The notes beneath the pieces are model-generated. The model was not told the DNA's origin. It worked only from the letters and a program-made list of their open reading frames with translations, and did no database searches. Position numbers and translations under genes: made by a program. This document shows positions 57,628 through 64,000 of a stretch of 64,000 bases of DNA, piece after piece (the stretch's first letter is position 1; every line of letters begins with the position of its first letter). Source of the stretch: Batkoa obscura. Lineage: Eukaryota. The DNA lies in contig JASVEC010000023.1 in the NCBI GenBank assembly GCA_030770535.1, positions 558,001 to 622,000 of the forward strand, read 5' to 3'.

Positions 57628-60600
57628 TTAATGTTCCCCTTCCATTGGTTCTGTAATGGTAATCATTGTATCATCATGGCTTTCTTCCACTTCTGCCTCC
57701 ACATCAAATAACCAATGGTATTGTAATATTAAATTTTTAACTAAATTTTGTTGATGACCTAAATTAGCCATAGATAAAGCAAAGCTGGACTCACTTGGTG
57801 GTGGTCGAAAGATAGTGGGACCAAATACAATAGCTAAATTAGTTGCATACATATGATTTGTTTCTTCAAAATCGGTGACACTAAGAGGAAATAACGAATA
57901 ATTAAGTTATTGTTTACATATTAAATTTAATCAAAACTTACTGTTCCAAATGTTCAATTAATGTTTTTAAAAAGATGTAATTTTGTTCTGGTAATTTTGG
58001 TAACACATCTTTAATTGCAAATAAGCGCTCATCATAATCTTCAACAGCTAAATTCATTATTAATACCTTTTAAATTAATATTGAAATAAAAAAATACTTA
58101 CTAACAGCACTAATAAAACTATCATACAGTTCGTAAGTAGCTATAGGTTCTGGTAGATCTCTTAGATATTGTTTTAAGGTACATGCAACTACATTAATAT
58201 CTCCCCATTCATCTTGTGTTAAATCCATACTTTCGGAATCTAATTGAAAATACAATTAATATTATATCCCATTAATCATTCATTCTAATTTAAATCTTAC
58301 CTTCATCAAATGCTTTACATAAAGCACTAATTCTTGAAGCTGAGCCAGGTACTCGATAGATACCTACCTCATCTAATCCTCTTTTTTCAACTTCAGCAAT
58401 ACATTTTTTTACTACTAATGGTAATTCTTTATCTTTCATAACTTTACTCAATTCAACACCAAACACTAATAAAAAATAATACATTAAAATCTCAGTTCAT
58501 AATAGATACAAATAAAAATTTAAAAAAAGTTACCTGAATTCCTTGATTTTGCTGTAACAATTGAAGTAGAATTATCTTCTTCATTTAATGAACTTAAATC
58601 TTGAGCTAATAAAGTAACTCTTCTAGCTGCTGCTTGTTGAGCTGCTACATTGATTACATGTACCCATTCATCCATATCCACTTTATCTAAACATTGAATT
58701 AAATATTCCCCTCCTTCCTCAGTAATAATTCGAATAACAAAATCCCTTTTTGTATAACCTTCATCCACGATAGTAGTTGAATTAATGAGCTTAATAACAT
58801 GCACTGGTTTTTTGGAAGTAATACTTGAAAATTTCGAAAGTGATAAAGAAGTATCACCTGAAGATTGAACGGTTTTATAGAGGGAGGCCATTTTCATCAA
58901 TTCTTTTGTTTTTGCTTTACGAACTTGCTGTTCTTTTTGTTGTTTATCATACAACTTAGCTTGTTCTTGTTGTTTTTTTAACATTTCTAATTGATGAGCT
59001 TTCACTTCTCGCATTACTTTTTCCCTTTCTCGATTTTCTAATTTTTGTTTTTCCAACTGTTCACTTACAATAGTTCCAAAAATTCGTCTAAAAGAACCGG
59101 TTCCTGTGGCATAATGATAGATACTAGTGGCATAGTTCGAGTGTGTATTACCATTTTCTGCAGATGCTATTTGTTTGACCATTACCCAATCCGGCTTCTT
59201 TAATGCTTCTAAACCAGACAATAATTTCATTGTATCAAAACCTTTACGGTTAGGTGGATTAACTGTAGCTATACCGACCCATTCTGTAAAACATTGTAAC
59301 AACTTATAGATAACTGTTCTCTTTGAAAAATTTAATATGGATGTTGAAGCTGCTGAATGGTCTGGTAAAGATCTTATAATAGAACAAATACTTTCAAATA
59401 CATAACCTACACAAGGAGTTACAATTTCAATTTGTGGTAGATCTTCTTCAAGTGTACGTTCAATAGCCTCAATTAATGGGTTTAAATCATCAATTGGTAC
59501 ATTATATTTTGATGCGATTTCATTCCAAGCTCGATTGAAACACCTACTCTCTGGACTAATTAAACCACTTAATAAACCTCTTTCAACAAAAGAAGGTAAC
59601 TGATAATTTTTTAGTAATTTTTCAATTTCTTCTTGAGGCAATGACATTAATTCAGCTAATAATTGATAATGGGAGCTAGCTAAATCTATCATTTTTCTTC
59701 GACAAATAATAACCATTTTAATTAATTTAATAATTCTTTCAATTCTTTCTTCTATTTTTAATTCAATTGAAACTTGTTGAATAGCCCACGTTCTTATTTT
59801 ATCTCTAAATTGCCAAAGATCAGCAATTGGTCTTGGAAATAAAGATACTAACACTCGATCACAAGTTAATGAAGTTTGATTTTGATTTTGAGTAGAATTA
59901 TTAGTGGAATTTAATATAGTACATCTTCTTCTACAATTCTCCAATAAACTAAATATATCTGAAATTGCTGTTTCATCTTCTGAATAGGACAATGGTTTAC
60001 TTGAACTTAACCATGACCAATTACTTATACTTTGTGCTTCTAATAACGAACTACTTAATAAATAATCTTTAGGGGTAGCTTTTTTAAGCATTGGTGCAAT
60101 AAAATGATGAAAAGCATCTAATAATTGATTTTCAGTATATAAATCTAAGTCCCATGAAGATACTTGGTATGGTACTGATGCAGTTGCAGCTAATAAATTT
60201 TCAGTAGAACCAGCAGGTGAATTCATTAATGCATATGGTGTACGAAATACAGGTTCATTTCTTTCTTCTTTTACTTTATTACCTGAACTTACAATGGGTG
60301 TTAATGAACGTGTTTCACATAAAATATGTAATTCGGAAGCAGCTTCTGAAATGGATTTATCTAATATATTACTCATTCTTTCACTTAAAGAATGTAAAAA
60401 GATAAATATTAACTCTAATAAATCAGGAGAATCAAGGAAATCATGAAAATGATAAGTAATCCAAAATTTAAATATATCTAATATTTGAGCTTCTTCTTTG
60501 ACACTTTGTTGAAATAGATCTTCACTTGGTTTGGAATTCGTCATAACTTTTGACAAAGATTTATTAAAACACTCTTTTAATAATTCAAATAATCTTTTTG

Positions 60601-63600
60601 GTGTTGTTATACTTCGAAATGTACAAAAAAAGATTTCTCGGTATTCTTCACTATCAAACTTTAATAAATTAGATCCTCCATATAATGGATTTTCTTTATA
60701 ATTTAATAAATAAGGTGAATATTGATTCAATCCATAAACTAGTATTTCTACTAATTCTTCAATTTTACCAGAACATACTTGAACTTCAATTAAATTATCA
60801 TTAATCGTCGAATTTCCTAATGAAAGATGATTTAAATCTTCTAATGGATCTAATAAAAATAAAAATTAATAATTGAATATTAAAATATAATAAACTGTTA
60901 AATAGTTATTATAAAAATTTACCTTGAGCCGATTCCTTTTTTGGTACTTTAAATAAAATTAAAGAATGGTCTTTAACTAATAAGAGGGATTCTTTTAAAG
61001 CTCCCAATTTACTCAATGCTAATTTATTGTCATAATTATCAAATTGATTGGAACTCACTTTTCTAGCGGATTCTCTTGAAACTGGACTTGAATAAGCAGA
61101 AACAGGAACTGATTGGGTACGTTTTCTAAATAACCCATTTTCATTATTATTATTTCCAGCTCCAAAATTACTATTGTCTAAGCCAATGTTACTATTATTA
61201 AGTGGAAAGTGAGAGGAAATTAAATCAATAAATAAAGGTGAATTGGGTAATGATTTTGGAAATTTTAAAGACACAATTGCTGAGATTAATCGGGATGGAT
61301 TTTTTTCATTAGTAATATAATCATCTACAAAGGACATTTCACAAATTAAAGATCTTTTGTGTAAACTTTCTTGAAGATAATCCGATCCGATTTCACCACC
61401 AAATGAACCTTGATCTTTATTATTTGTTGAACTTATACTTTTAAAATAATCAAAATAAACTTTTTTAATTTTAAATGGACACGTTGTATTTTTATAAGCT
61501 TCATGACTTAAAGAATATGGCCATTGACTTTGTAATGCTTGGGCAATCGAATAAACTTCATGAAACCCATTAAATTCATATCGCATCCCATTTTGTTCAT
61601 TAAAATTATCGACTTGGCTATTTTTTTTCACCACTTTCAAAACAAAATGCTTTAATGCTCCAAAATAAGGTATAATGAATTTAGTGGGTGATCTTTTAGC
61701 ACTTGGTTCTTGCAATAATACCATACATTTAGGTGGATTCGGTTTACCTGGATGTAAAGGTGAATATAATCCCAAATCTAACAACACAGGTACCCATCGT
61801 TTAGTTACTAATTTAATTAATCGCTTATCTACACTTCGCCAAGTTTCACTTAACCTAGTAACTACTGGAGAACAAATAGCAATTGCAATAGCTATCCATG
61901 AAGTCATATCACCTAAATCACGCGCCATATGGCCCACTTGAATCCATTGATTTAAAATAGCTGCTCTACGAGAGGGTGCTGAAGAAGGAGTTGCAAAAAA
62001 TAAATGATGATAAATCAATTTAGTTAAAAAATGATGTTTTGGTGAAGAATAAGAAAATATATTAAGACCACTATTAATTAAACCTAATATTAATTTTGGA
62101 TCCCCTAAGCTTTCTGAATATTTACCGATCACTTGATAATGAAAAGCATATAATTGTTGAGCTAATTCCTGTGGATCCATTTTCAAAAATACGGAAGGTG
62201 TTAAACCAGTTTTTATTAAAGATGATAAGTTGTTTTGATTAACTTCCGCTATTCCTGGATCTGTTGGATTTGGGCTATCTAATACTTCATTTTGTAAATG
62301 TTCAAATTTGGTTTTTAAATTGGTATAAATTGATAATAAATTAAATCTTGATTCAATTGATATTAAATTTTGTTTTATGAAACTTTCTAGATTAATAAAT
62401 GTATCTTCACAAATAATAAAGGAACTTAATGATAACCAAGCAGCAATAAATTCAGCAATTCTTAAATTAATTTCTTGATCTTCACTTGTGAAATCAACTT
62501 CATTTCTTGGAAGTAATTCTCTATAATGTTTTAACATATCCAATATAGCTGATGAAGTAGTGAATAAAGGATAAGTGAATAAAAATACTTCACGGTAATT
62601 CGTTCCATTTTTATATGTTTTGGATGCAAAAATAGCTTCATGAATAAGTGCGTCAACGGTTCCAGATTCTATAATAAATCTAGATAAACTATGAGCATTT
62701 TCTGATGCACAATTAAAGAGTAATTCTGGATGTGAATCTAAAGTAGAAATTTGTTTCGATTGGTTAGGATCGACAGTTGATAATGCTTCTGAAGTAAAGG
62801 ATGCACCATCGCCTCTAGAAAATGAAGAATTCATTTCATTCATCATACTTTCATCTGGTAAAGACATTGGAAGTACTTCAGAAGCTGGTAGTTCTTTTGA
62901 AGCAGATAAACGAGACGTCCATGCTAATTTAGATTCTGAATTTGGAGCTACAAAAAGTCTAGTTGTCCTTACTTTATCTAAAATAAAAAGTTGGAAAGCT
63001 TGGACTTTTCCTGATGCTAATGGGGTAGAATAATCGTTTTGTGGAGTAAGTGTAGATATCGATGAGGCGGAAGAATTAGTATGACTAAACATTGGATTAC
63101 GACTAGAACCGTTACCTGTATTAAATACTGTCGATGAAGCATCAATGACGTCACAATCCTTCAATTTGTACGTTGCATGATGTTTCCATTTTGTAAATGA
63201 ACCTTTACTAGGATCCATCTCTTCATTTAAATTTCCAGGACTACCAATTTTTAAAGCATCATTAACCGCATTAAAAATACTCGTACGATTGTTACGAATC
63301 CATCGTCTTTTAAATACCATTAAAAGTTCATCAAATATAAGTAAACAGGTATATCGTTTAAATTTAAAATGCAAAACATCCACCTCGGTAAAAATATCAC
63401 CATAAACATATTTTTCTGATAGTGGCTTAGAAGTCCTTGTTGATGAAAATAGGAGTGATCTTGCATTAGAATCGAATGTGGCGGGAATTAAGGGCATACC
63501 AGTGGACGAAGGACTCCTTGAAGTTTTCGAAAAGACACTTGATGGGGAGGAAGATAGAGGGGAACTAGAACCAAGGCTACTAGTTGAAAAAGCAATTGAA

Positions 63601-64000
63601 TTACGTACTTCCGCTTCGGTCGGTGGTTTATAAAATGAAAGTTTAGCACCAAGTAAAGTAACATAGTATAATTTCCAGCTTCTCGTTAATGTATTAGTAA
63701 CTGAACCAGGTATCATATCCACCTTTTTATTTAAGTAACCTTCTTTAATGATTGATGTTGAACTTTCATGTTTATTTTTACTTGTTAATTTTGCTAATGT
63801 ATTTTCTTCGGCATTCGAGCTAATAGAATTAAGGCTTTCCAAGCTATAATTGGCGTTTCCAAGTTTAATTGCTAAATTGGATTGACCACTTGAAAAAGAG
63901 CGATCGGCATATTGAACGCCATTAAAGGTGTTTACGGAAGAAGTTGAATTTTTGCGGTTATAACTCAACTCACCTTCTTCTGGTAAGTCTTCCAATCTTG
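57628..64000 (-). CDS. Large PH / RasGEF-like / PH / RhoGAP protein (BEM2-like), 5' end outside the window
   Basis: N-terminal PH (KEGYLNKK...WKLYYVTL), REM/RasGEF (FLFTYPLFTT, DPQELAQQL, VVTRLSETW), second PH (YTKRDFVIRI...MDEWVHVIN), RhoGAP (VFGVEL...EKRGLDEVGIYRVPG...LKQYLRDLPEP...NLAIVFGPTIFR). At least 5 introns. Confidence 0.85.

Overview
AT-rich, intron-containing eukaryotic DNA with short GT-AG introns. The gene content fits an early-diverging fungus; an Entomophthoromycotina-like assignment is inference only. Housekeeping genes: gamma-tubulin (3' end), pirin, MAK11-like WD40, an EEP-family sphingomyelinase-like enzyme, DPH6, ETF-alpha, NSE2/MMS21, DPH1, SmF and a BEM2-like RasGEF-PH-RhoGAP (5' end outside the window). 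RNA genes read directly from sequence: U1 snRNA, tRNA-Leu(AAG), and two box C/D snoRNAs in consecutive introns of an apparently non-coding host. Accessory content: a secreted double-CAP protein, three secreted proteins with an unusual amphipathic beta-repeat domain (two also carry a (GGNN)n tract), a secreted tyrosinase, three intronless CHFR-like RING ligases with apparent gene-conversion tracts, three PRXL2/SelenoU-like redoxins, an atypical homeobox gene, and three decayed hydrolase pseudogenes. Mobile DNA: a decayed Sola-like DDD transposase, about 15 copies of a ~100 bp MITE with 4-bp TSDs, and two solo LTRs, one nested in a MITE. The best candidate for an undescribed system is the GGNN/beta-repeat secreted protein cluster (7.9-13.8 kb). 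All calls were made by eye with no database searches, and exon boundaries are approximate unless stated.
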